Shown: positions 8,134 through 15,639, numbered from the stretch's first letter. The stretch: 19,718 bases of DNA from Candidatus Heimdallarchaeota archaeon (GCA_048881705.1 JBHLSH010000073.1:1-19718); one strand, 5' to 3'. Translations and numbers: made by a program. The notes: generated by a model from the letters alone, not told the origin.

Positions 8134-8204
8134 CACTTCAGACGGCTCTTCACACATTCATCGTTGTCTGGACAACTCTGCCGGGGATAACATCATCATC
8201 AGCG
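8134..8204 (-). ncRNA. Box C/D 2'-O-methylation guide sRNA with two guides to 23S rRNA domain V
   Basis: Minus strand reads: stem CGCT, G, C box ATGATGA (8199-8193), guide TGTTATCCCCGG, D' CAGA, hairpin GTTGT-CCAG-ACAAC, C'-like ACGATGA, guide ATGTGTGAAGAGCCGT, D box CTGA (8141-8138), stem AGTG. The guides complement the conserved LSU rRNA sequences CCGGGGAUAACA and CGGCUCUUC. Confidence 0.88.
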
Positions 8205-8293
8205 ACTTTTTACAGGAATGGGGATTGACGGATTCTTCGATACGAATATGCAGAAGCTGCCTTCTACTGTAATAGCGATGTATACAAGGAAGA

Positions 8294-8614
8294 TTAATAG
8301 GTCACTGGATATATTATTATTAGAACTAATAGAGCGAGGATACTTACAGAACAGATTATAAACCATTCACGATAATATTTTCTTTTCTCGGTCTGGTTAA
8401 TACTTTTTGATAGCTGAATACGAAAATTCCATGTGAACAATACGATCAGGGCTGTTAGAAAGATAAGCATGACGTGTTGAATGGTTCGATCAAGGAATCC
8501 CAAATATAAGACAATTGCTGCGGCCAATATTATGATAGAACCCAAAATTGATAAGTCTAGAAGCTTCACAGACTTAGGAAGTTCAGACCAGCGTTTGACA
8601 TCGCTAGTAGTCAC
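8294..8614 (-). CDS. Small 3-TM membrane protein, candidate DAD1/Ost2 (OST subunit) homolog
   Basis: GTG start with a perfect AGGAGG SD 8 nt upstream; three hydrophobic segments. PxxVKLLD and FRIQL occur at nearly the DAD1 spacing. The CDS is well supported; the family call is tentative. Confidence 0.6.
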   Translation of the reverse strand: MTTSDVKRWSELPKSVKLLDLSILGSIIILAAAIVLYLGFLDRTIQHVMLIFLTALIVLFTWNFRIQLSKSINQTEKRKYYREWFIICSVSILALLVLIIIYPVTY

Positions 8615-8662
8615 GTGTGTGTCCTCCTGACGCTTTTTTCTCTTAGCAAGTGCTGGAACGAA

Positions 8663-8725
8663 CTAGAGATTATAAAAACCTGTCCTGCAAAAGCTGAAAG
8701 AAAGAGTGGCTAGAGATTATTAAAT
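8663..8725. promoter_or_regulatory. Two imperfect direct repeats CTAGAGATTAT(A/T)AAA with TATA-like cores in a divergent intergenic region
   Basis: CTAGAGATTATAAAA at 8663..8677 and CTAGAGATTATTAAA at 8710..8724, between the divergent 3-TM gene and the arcE-like gene. Confidence 0.35.
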
Positions 8726-8770
8726 CCCGTCTCTTTCCTCACAAACCGCAAATTAAAGGTTTGAGATGAA

Positions 8771-10090
8771 TTGGCACACATTAAAACGGTAATCATGGGC
8801 GCCGCAGGCCGAGATTTCCATAATTTCAACACTTATTTTCGTGAAAACGACAGATATGAGGTTATCGCCTTCACAGCGACTCAAATCCCTGACATCGAAG
8901 GAAGGGTATATCCCTCAGAGCTAGCAGGGTCATTGTATCCCCGTGGGATCCCAATTTACGCCGAAGAAAAGCTTCCTGAATTGATTCGCGAGCATAATGT
9001 GGATCAGGTCATACTATCATATTCAGATATTTCTCATATCCAAGTAATGCAGATTGCTTCTCGAGTTATCGCCCTAGGAGCCGATTTTAGGATGATGGGG
9101 ACCTATCATACATGTCTTCGTGCAAACAGGCCTGTTATCGCGGTATGTGCCGTAAGAACGGGCGCCGGTAAGAGTCAAGTAAGTCGAAAATTGGGTCAAA
9201 TCCTGCGAGAATACGGGAAAAAGGTGGCTGTGGTCCGTCATCCCATGCCCTATGGTAATCTAAGTGATCAAATTTGGCAGCGTTTCGGAGATTTAGAGGA
9301 TCTAGATAAACATAACTGCACTATAGAGGAGAGAGAAGAATATTTTCCCCACATTGTTGCAGGAAATTTGGTTTTTGCAGGAGTAGATTATGCCAGGATT
9401 TTGAAAGAAGCTGAAAAAGAAGCTGATATCATTCTTTGGGATGGCGGAAACAATGATTTTCCGTTCTATTCTCCCGATTTATGGATAACCGTAACTGATC
9501 CACACCGGCTAGGTCATGAAACAACGTACTATCCTGGACATACCAATCTGTTGGCATGTGACATCGTTATTATCAATAAAGTGGATACCGCAAACATTGA
9601 GGATGTCGAAACATTAACGAGAACGATCCAATCAGAAAATCCAAGTGCCAAAATAATTAAGGCAAGAAGCCCTATAATAGTCGAAAGTCCAGATATTGTT
9701 GAAAATAAACGCGTTTTGGTCATTGAAGATGGACCAACGTTAACTCACGGAGACATGAGATTTGGTGCTGGTATTGTAGCGGCGCAAAAATATAGGGCCT
9801 CGGAAATCATTGATCCTAGACCTTTCGCCGTTCGTTCCATCAGAGAAACTTTCGCAAAGTATAAACACTTGAACCAGGTCCTGCCAGCCATGGGATATGG
9901 GGATGAACAGATTAAGGATCTTGAAGAAACTGTAAACTCTGCTGATGCTGATACGGTTATAATTGGAACTCCAATAGATCTCAGAAGGTTAATCACGATG
10001 AATAAACCTGCCACTCGTGTCACATATGCGATGGACGATGAAAGCGCCAAGGCTCTTACTGAAATCTTGAAAAATATGAATCTAATCTGA
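8771..10090 (+). CDS. Arginine synthetase (ArcE)-like / cyclic 2,3-diphosphoglycerate synthetase-family P-loop NTPase
   Basis: Motifs IMGAAGRDFHNFN, AFTATQIP, AVRTGAGKS (P-loop), RHPMPYG, CTIEEREEY, WDGGNND, EDGPTLTHG and LPAMGYG. TTG start after GAGATGA. Confidence 0.8.
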   Translation: MAHIKTVIMGAAGRDFHNFNTYFRENDRYEVIAFTATQIPDIEGRVYPSELAGSLYPRGIPIYAEEKLPELIREHNVDQVILSYSDISHIQVMQIASRVIALGADFRMMGTYHTCLRANRPVIAVCAVRTGAGKSQVSRKLGQILREYGKKVAVVRHPMPYGNLSDQIWQRFGDLEDLDKHNCTIEEREEYFPHIVAGNLVFAGVDYARILKEAEKEADIILWDGGNNDFPFYSPDLWITVTDPHRLGHETTYYPGHTNLLACDIVIINKVDTANIEDVETLTRTIQSENPSAKIIKARSPIIVESPDIVENKRVLVIEDGPTLTHGDMRFGAGIVAAQKYRASEIIDPRPFAVRSIRETFAKYKHLNQVLPAMGYGDEQIKDLEETVNSADADTVIIGTPIDLRRLITMNKPATRVTYAMDDESAKALTEILKNMNLI

Positions 10091-10166
10091 AGTTTGGGGC
10101 GATGGGAAATTGGAACCTAGCGACAGTAGTAACAGCATGTTTTAAGCCACACAAGACGCTTATTTG

Positions 10167-10562
10167 TTAATATTGCTCCTGTGTACTCACAGCAACCATG
10201 TAGAGTCCAATAATCGCGAGAAGAGCGCTTCCTGCCGCCGCTAGAATCCCTATTATTGGTGCTGTCTCATTTATGATGAACCAGGCCACCAGGATAAGAG
10301 CCGCACCCAAACCCAAACCACCGATGATGGTGGCGTTATTTCCCTCACCGTACCCGTAACTTTCCCGAGAACCGTATCCCATACCAAGTCCACCAATTAT
10401 TCCTGCAATCCAGACCAAAAATAGTTCAAAATAAGCTGGATTCCCGACTATGGTAGGATCGAGAATTGGCATTTGTAATGCTGGAATGAGTACAACCAAA
10501 AAACTCACCGCAAAGATTAAAGTACCAATAAAAGTCGGAGTTCTTACCATTTTTCTTACCAT
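10167..10562 (-). CDS. Hypothetical 4-TM, Gly-rich small membrane protein
   Basis: 131-aa ORF with four hydrophobic stretches separated by short loops; no confident family. Confidence 0.75.
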   Translation of the reverse strand: MVRKMVRTPTFIGTLIFAVSFLVVLIPALQMPILDPTIVGNPAYFELFLVWIAGIIGGLGMGYGSRESYGYGEGNNATIIGGLGLGAALILVAWFIINETAPIIGILAAAGSALLAIIGLYMVAVSTQEQY

Positions 10563-10878
10563 CTAACCCTTTAATTGTGAAAATATAGTTAGCTTGAATC
10601 TGAAAGATTACCTTTTATCATTTTTCATGATCACACAACTAAAACACGCAGATAATTAGAATGACTCTAAAAAACCAGCTTTTCTCATTTATCATCAATT
10701 TGTATTGATTTTGTTCTGGACCATAATAAATTCACAACTAGTGTTCCTCAAACAACAAAATATCGGGATTCAGTTTATTAAACCGCCTTTCATGGATCCA
10801 TCGGAAATCTTAAGGAATGGTCTTAATTAACATTGATCGGCCTTAGTTTTAGAATAATCGTTGAATGGAACCGCTAAA

Positions 10879-11835
10879 ATGAAAATATTAGTGACTGGAA
10901 TTGCAGGTTTTATTGGATCTCATTTAGCAGAGCGGTTAGGGGATTTAGGATATGAAGTCGTAGGGATAGACTGTTTTACTGATTATTATTCCCGAGAACT
11001 AAAGCAATTGAATATGGAAAAGATCAAGAGCTACGATATTCCGGTTTATAATTTCGATCTTGCAAAGGACGGTCTAAAATCAGCATTACAAGGGGTTGAC
11101 GTCATATATCACCTGGCCGCTCAACCAGGAATTTCTATCTCGACCCCGTTTGAAGAATATGTAAAGAATAATATCATTGCCACCAAAAATCTGGTAGATT
11201 CGTGCAGAAACCTTTCTTCACTAAATTGTTTTGTCAATATTTCAACTTCATCGGTATATGGAGCGCATGCAACAGATCCTGAGGATGCAGCACCTAAACC
11301 TACTTCATTTTATGGTGTTACAAAGTTGTGTGCAGAGCAATTAGTTCTTGCTTACCATCGCGAATATGGATTCCCTGCATGTTCCCTGCGTATTTTTTCT
11401 GTGTATGGGCCACGTGAAAGGCCTGAAAAGCTGTTTCCTAAGATCATCTTGAGTATATTGAACAACACCTCATTTCCTCTCTATGAAGGGAGTGAAACCC
11501 ATTCTCGAAGCTATACTTACGTCGAGGATATAATACATGGATTGATCTCCGTATTAAACCACAAGGACAAAGCGATCGGGGAAATTTTCAATCTGGGCTC
11601 GCCAGTTGAAGTTACTACTGGAGAAACAATAAAGATTGTTGAACAAATCATGGGGAAGGAAGCACAAAAAGATGTCCTTCCGAAAAGGCCTGGGGATCAG
11701 ATTCGAACTTGGGCAAATATCAATAAAGCACGTTCAATTCTCGGTTTTGAACCACAAACTCGAATTGAAGACGGATTAAAACTAGAAATAGATTGGTTTC
11801 GAGAAATCTATGAAAAAAACATCCTATATGAATAA
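10879..11835 (+). CDS. NAD-dependent nucleotide-sugar epimerase/dehydratase (extended SDR, UDP-glucuronate 4-epimerase/WcaG-like)
   Basis: MKILVTGIAGFIG (GxxGxxG), HLAAQPG, STSSVYG, catalytic YGVTK (YxxxK), LRIFSVYGP. The ATG at 10879 is preferred over the TTG at 10861. Confidence 0.93.
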   Translation: MKILVTGIAGFIGSHLAERLGDLGYEVVGIDCFTDYYSRELKQLNMEKIKSYDIPVYNFDLAKDGLKSALQGVDVIYHLAAQPGISISTPFEEYVKNNIIATKNLVDSCRNLSSLNCFVNISTSSVYGAHATDPEDAAPKPTSFYGVTKLCAEQLVLAYHREYGFPACSLRIFSVYGPRERPEKLFPKIILSILNNTSFPLYEGSETHSRSYTYVEDIIHGLISVLNHKDKAIGEIFNLGSPVEVTTGETIKIVEQIMGKEAQKDVLPKRPGDQIRTWANINKARSILGFEPQTRIEDGLKLEIDWFREIYEKNILYE

Positions 11836-11866
11836 TTATCTCCTTCTCATGTGTCAAAGTTACGCT

Positions 11867-11872
11867 AAAAAA
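11867..11872 (-). terminator. Oligo-T tract directly after the tRNA-Val 3' end
   Basis: T6 on the minus strand abuts the discriminator; consistent with archaeal oligo-U termination of the eL32..uL15-tRNA unit. Confidence 0.4.
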
Positions 11873-11946
11873 TGGGCCGGCCCAGATTTGAACTGGGGAC
11901 CTCCTGCGTGTCAGGCAGACGTCATACCGGGCTAGACCACCGGCCC
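11873..11946 (-). tRNA. tRNA-Val(GAC)
   Basis: Acceptor GGGCCGG/CCGGCCC; anticodon arm TCTGC-CT-GAC-AC-GCAGG; T arm CCCAG-TTCAAAT-CTGGG; no intron. Confidence 0.96.
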
Positions 11947-11977
11947 GAATCATTTTCAAAGAACTTAATGAGGGCGA

Positions 11978-12421
11978 TTACCCTTCTGTATCTTTTGTAA
12001 AAATCTTACCGCCAACAGCTTCTATTTTTGTTTGGGCCCTGGATGTGATTTTAGAGGTATAAAGATGGATGGGAGTGTTGACTCGACCAGAACCAAGGAC
12101 TTTCGAATATCCCAGTTGAGTTACATCTACCTTGATCGCTTGTCCGTCCTTAACAGCCTGATTCGAAGATAGCCAGCTTTCAAGCTGTTCTTCTATGATT
12201 CCCACATTGATCGTTCGGGACGGAAGCCTTTTTGGAGGAGAAAATCCTTTTTGGCTTTCGATGATAGCAGAAATTTTACCAATGCGGTGATGGCCCTTGC
12301 TACCTGCTTTACCAACTCCACCACGAGACCCGCTTTTCCTATGGCCTCCTGATACTCGCCCATATCCATAGGTTCGGCTGCCACGCTGTTTTTTTATCTT
12401 CTTTGACCGTCTGGTTGTCAT
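11978..12421 (-). CDS. rpl15: 50S ribosomal protein uL15
   Basis: RGSRTYGYGRVSGGHRKSGSRGGVGKAG, INVG, GYSKVLGSG, AQTKIEAVGG. An upstream ATG at 12433 overlaps the uL30 stop (TAATG). Confidence 0.96.
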   Translation of the reverse strand: MTTRRSKKIKKQRGSRTYGYGRVSGGHRKSGSRGGVGKAGSKGHHRIGKISAIIESQKGFSPPKRLPSRTINVGIIEEQLESWLSSNQAVKDGQAIKVDVTQLGYSKVLGSGRVNTPIHLYTSKITSRAQTKIEAVGGKIFTKDTEG

Positions 12422-12432
12422 TTGCATCCACA

Positions 12433-12930
12433 TTATGCCATTTTGATGATAAGCTGATTGATATGTTCGCCTCTATACCCGAGTGCCCCTCCCAAGGTAT
12501 AAGGTTGTTTAACTCCCCGACTTCTATACCCTTTTCTTGGGGGATGCAAACGAAAAACAGGTTTTAGACCTTTTATTTCATCTAGACTGGCTTTAAATCG
12601 TAAAAATTGGTCTACGAAGTCATCAATATTCGAGAATCGTGTATTTTTTTTGATATAGTCTTCCGTGACTCTTTGATTTCCATTTATGCGCCCTCGTTTG
12701 ATAATAAGTTCCTTTGTGCTAGCAAAATTTAATTCACCCCAAGTAACTGTATCCTTTGCCTTCTGTAACATACCTTTATAGGTTTCACGATCATCTATAA
12801 TGACACAATGATTCGTTTTATGAAGTCGTAAGAGATTAAGGGTTTTTTTTATCTCCTGATGTCTGCCAATGGCGCTTCGGATACGGATCACCACCATCCG
12901 ACTAGTCGTTTGGGAGGGAGATTTTGACAT
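12433..12930 (-). CDS. rpl30: 50S ribosomal protein uL30 (long archaeal type)
   Basis: VIRIRS, TLNLLRL, GMLQKAKDTVTWGE, KPVFRLHPPRKG, GALGYRGEHINQLI. Confidence 0.97.
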   Translation of the reverse strand: MSKSPSQTTSRMVVIRIRSAIGRHQEIKKTLNLLRLHKTNHCVIIDDRETYKGMLQKAKDTVTWGELNFASTKELIIKRGRINGNQRVTEDYIKKNTRFSNIDDFVDQFLRFKASLDEIKGLKPVFRLHPPRKGYRSRGVKQPYTLGGALGYRGEHINQLIIKMA

Positions 12931-12936
12931 AATCTA

Positions 12937-13596
12937 TTATTCACCCCATTCAGTAACATGCGATCGGGCATACGTGGCCCGGAGCGCTTCAAAGGTAGCT
13001 TTACAAAAATTCTGAGTTGTTCTGGTGTCTCCAAATGTTTTACTCCATATATCAGATATTCCAGCCAGTTCCATAATGTTTGTGGCAACGTCTCCAATCA
13101 CAAGTCCCAGTCCTTTCGGCGCCGGTTTCAAAATAACTCGAACACTACCAACCTTGCCTTCGGTTTGGAATGGAATTGAGTGTGGATTGGAACAGGTGCA
13201 TTCCCAACTCCCACATCCTCTCTTAATTGGTACAATATTCAATTTAGAAAGAACGATAGCATTTCTGATGGCTGTTCCAACGCCTGCTGCCTTTGCCTGC
13301 GCTACTCCAACAATTCCATTTCGATTGCCAACGCCAGCTGTCGCAACAAATAACGTTTTTCGCCCAGCATCAGTCTGTCTCTGAACTCGACCCACATCCA
13401 ATACAGTTTCGGTCAAATTAGGAACAAGGAAGTCGACAACCCTGACATCATCAATTCGAAATGAATCACGAAAAACATCATAAATGGAGGTAATAGATCC
13501 CTCCTTTACCAAATGACCCACCTCTGTTCGAGGCATCCATGAATCAAGATCGACATCCGCTGCTGCATTTTCTCTATCGCGTCGTCTTCTACTCAT
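12937..13596 (-). CDS. rps5: 30S ribosomal protein uS5
   Basis: WMPRTEVG, VQRQTDAG, VGNRNGIVG, IVPIKRGCGSWEC, PAPKGLGLV, AGISDIWSKTFG. Confidence 0.97.
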   Translation of the reverse strand: MSRRRRDRENAAADVDLDSWMPRTEVGHLVKEGSITSIYDVFRDSFRIDDVRVVDFLVPNLTETVLDVGRVQRQTDAGRKTLFVATAGVGNRNGIVGVAQAKAAGVGTAIRNAIVLSKLNIVPIKRGCGSWECTCSNPHSIPFQTEGKVGSVRVILKPAPKGLGLVIGDVATNIMELAGISDIWSKTFGDTRTTQNFCKATFEALRATYARSHVTEWGE

Positions 13597-13629
13597 GTCC
13601 AATCATCCTTTAGTATTATCAATTCAATC

Positions 13630-14223
13630 TTAATGATATTTAGTTTCAATCGCATTTTTCGTGTTCTCAAATAAGTCGGTTAGCTTGGTCGGATCAATTT
13701 TTTGCTTGATGTATTTTGAAAATTGTTTTTCAAACCGCTCTACATCATCCTGTTTAAGAATTCTAGCATATTCGGCAATATGTTTCCCTTTAAGGCGTTC
13801 CTCCGTGGGAAAAACTTTTTCCGAATGTGGCACCTCTAATCCCGAATCAACAATTCCTTTCAGAGCGGCAAATAGACGAGATCCATAAACGGGAGGGTTC
13901 AGCCCCGCATCAAGGATTGCTTGTTGAATTCCAGCTTTCTGTCCTTTGAGTCCTGCCAAAAAACCGACAAGATATGCGCTCGGGATATTTGACGTGGCCC
14001 CTCCCCATTGAAATGCTTTTGAAAGTTCACGTGTGTGGGCTGATGAGAGTGTGAAATCCCCATTGATTCTTGCATCTATAAATTGAATAAGGCAGTGATT
14101 ATTGGTGAGACGGACAACCGCTCGGGTTTCGTTACTTCGAACTAGTCGTCGCCGCAAATGATAGTTTGTTTTCCCTTCGCGTCGACGTCTAAAAGGGACA
14201 CGATATCGGGCACCTTTTGCCAT
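13630..14223 (-). CDS. rpl18: 50S ribosomal protein uL18
   Basis: MAKGARYRVPFRRRREGKTNY, NIPSAYLVG, AILDAGL, LKGIVDSGLEVPH. An alternative GTG at 14232 overlaps the eL19 stop. Confidence 0.97.
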   Translation of the reverse strand: MAKGARYRVPFRRRREGKTNYHLRRRLVRSNETRAVVRLTNNHCLIQFIDARINGDFTLSSAHTRELSKAFQWGGATSNIPSAYLVGFLAGLKGQKAGIQQAILDAGLNPPVYGSRLFAALKGIVDSGLEVPHSEKVFPTEERLKGKHIAEYARILKQDDVERFEKQFSKYIKQKIDPTKLTDLFENTKNAIETKYH

Positions 14224-14228
14224 ACTCT

Positions 14229-14696
14229 TCACCGTCTCCGTACTTTTGGCTTTTTTACGATTCCAAGGTCTTCGATTGTATTTCGGAGATAGGCAACACT
14301 GCGGTACGCATTACCTTTAACTTTTGCATAAAGCGTCCTATACTGGGCAGGTGATATCGCTTGCTTGTCTCTAAGTGCTCGTAGGTATCGTCTCTGGGCT
14401 CTCACCTTAGTGATCCAAAGTTTTTTACTGGGTTGTCTTGCACCTTTTCTTCCTTTTCTACTTCCAGGGCCTCTCCGTTGTCCTCGGCGTTTTTGTCTCC
14501 TAATGTATCTAGCACGAGCTCGGGATACGCCTTGCACTGGCTTTTTCCGAATTATTCCATCAGCAATGAGCTTTCGCACGTCCGCTCTTGTTAAGGCTAG
14601 TGAAAGGTCTTCCTCAACGTCCGGATCAATCCAAACTCTATGCACCCCTACTCCCAGGACTTTAGCGGCGATTCGTTTTTGAGGAGCAAGATTCAT
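14229..14696 (-). CDS. rpl19e: 50S ribosomal protein eL19
   Basis: QKRIAAKVLGVGVHRVWIDP, TRADVRKLIADG, RRGPGSRKGRKGAR, LYAKVKGNAY. ATGA overlap with the eL32 stop. Confidence 0.97.
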   Translation of the reverse strand: MNLAPQKRIAAKVLGVGVHRVWIDPDVEEDLSLALTRADVRKLIADGIIRKKPVQGVSRARARYIRRQKRRGQRRGPGSRKGRKGARQPSKKLWITKVRAQRRYLRALRDKQAISPAQYRTLYAKVKGNAYRSVAYLRNTIEDLGIVKKPKVRRR

Positions 14697-15214
14697 TCTT
14701 CTTCGTCTCCAATTTCAAGGTCTGACAATTCGAGGTCTGATAATTCAAGATCCTCGAGTGCCTCCTCATCAAGCGCTAGCTCTTCTTCTAGGTCACGCAG
14801 ATCCACTCTGGCGACAATGGGATTTATTATATGAACGTTGAGTAGTTGGGCTTCAGTAATGATTCTTTCCTTTTTTTTCCTTCCCACACCGGCCGCAATC
14901 CGACCCACCTGATAAGAGGTATCAATGAGTGATAAATCTAAAGGAGAATTGATCAATACCTCTTCAGTGCCCACAGATGATTGATAACGAATCTGCCTCG
15001 GGCTTCGAAATCCAATTGATGGGGATACCGGCCAGCCTTGCTTCTTTATCCTTGTCCTTGAATCAATCCCACGGGCCTTCCGCCAGCTTTTTTTAACCCG
15101 TTTATATCTCCACGATTCGGGTCGGTGGAATTTCGGCCTTTTTTTCTTTAAAAGGGCCTTAATTCTTTGGAGGCGAGCCTCCTGACCAGAGCTTATTTTT
15201 GAAATGTCTGACAT
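14693..15214 (-). CDS. rpl32e: 50S ribosomal protein eL32 with an acidic C-terminal extension
   Basis: KKRPKFHRPESWRYKRVKKSWRKARGIDSRTR and IGFRSPRQIR. The true start is taken as the ATG at 15214 (MSDISK). Confidence 0.95.
   Translation of the reverse strand: MSDISKISSGQEARLQRIKALLKKKRPKFHRPESWRYKRVKKSWRKARGIDSRTRIKKQGWPVSPSIGFRSPRQIRYQSSVGTEEVLINSPLDLSLIDTSYQVGRIAAGVGRKKKERIITEAQLLNVHIINPIVARVDLRDLEEELALDEEALEDLELSDLELSDLEIGDEEE
14715..14752. repeat. 15-bp imperfect tandem repeat (about 2.5 units) encoding DLELS-DLELS-DLE in the eL32 tail
   Basis: tcaaggtctgacaat / tcgaggtctgataat / tcaagatc. Confidence 0.8.
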
Positions 15215-15639
15215 TTCATGTTTCTTCCATTTATGCCGTAGAACCCTTGTCTTCCGCTTTGAGAAAAGAATAACGGTGGGATTGAGATCTATTATGTGTG
15301 AAACGACTACAGAATCCAAACCAAGCCCCATTATTCCCTGTATTTAAATGATGCAGGAAAAATCTCCCGAGATGACAATTGAAGTTTTTGCAGGAGGGGT
15401 TCTTAAAAACGTCGCTTACCTACTAGCATTTAGATCATTCAGCTTTCCAGGAGAGATCTTGTATTCACGTTATCCATTCTGGAGCATATCATGAAATCAT
15501 TAACTTTTTATCAGAGATTTCAAGATTAAATGCAACGAAAATAAAATTCTGTAATCTTCTTAGGTCGTACTCCCCCTTATTAATACATCTTCCACCACAT
15601 CTCAAAAACTTCACTTATGATGATGCCCTAATTACCCAT

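Noticed and set aside
5110-11872. Integrated mobile element downstream of tRNA-Val
   Set aside because: No integrase or transposase and no visible att duplication of the tRNA 3' end; the content is largely housekeeping.
15215-15331. 39-aa N-terminal extension of eL32 in the ORF track
   Set aside because: Non-homologous sequence that is probably promoter/leader; the ATG at 15214 gives a normal N-terminus.
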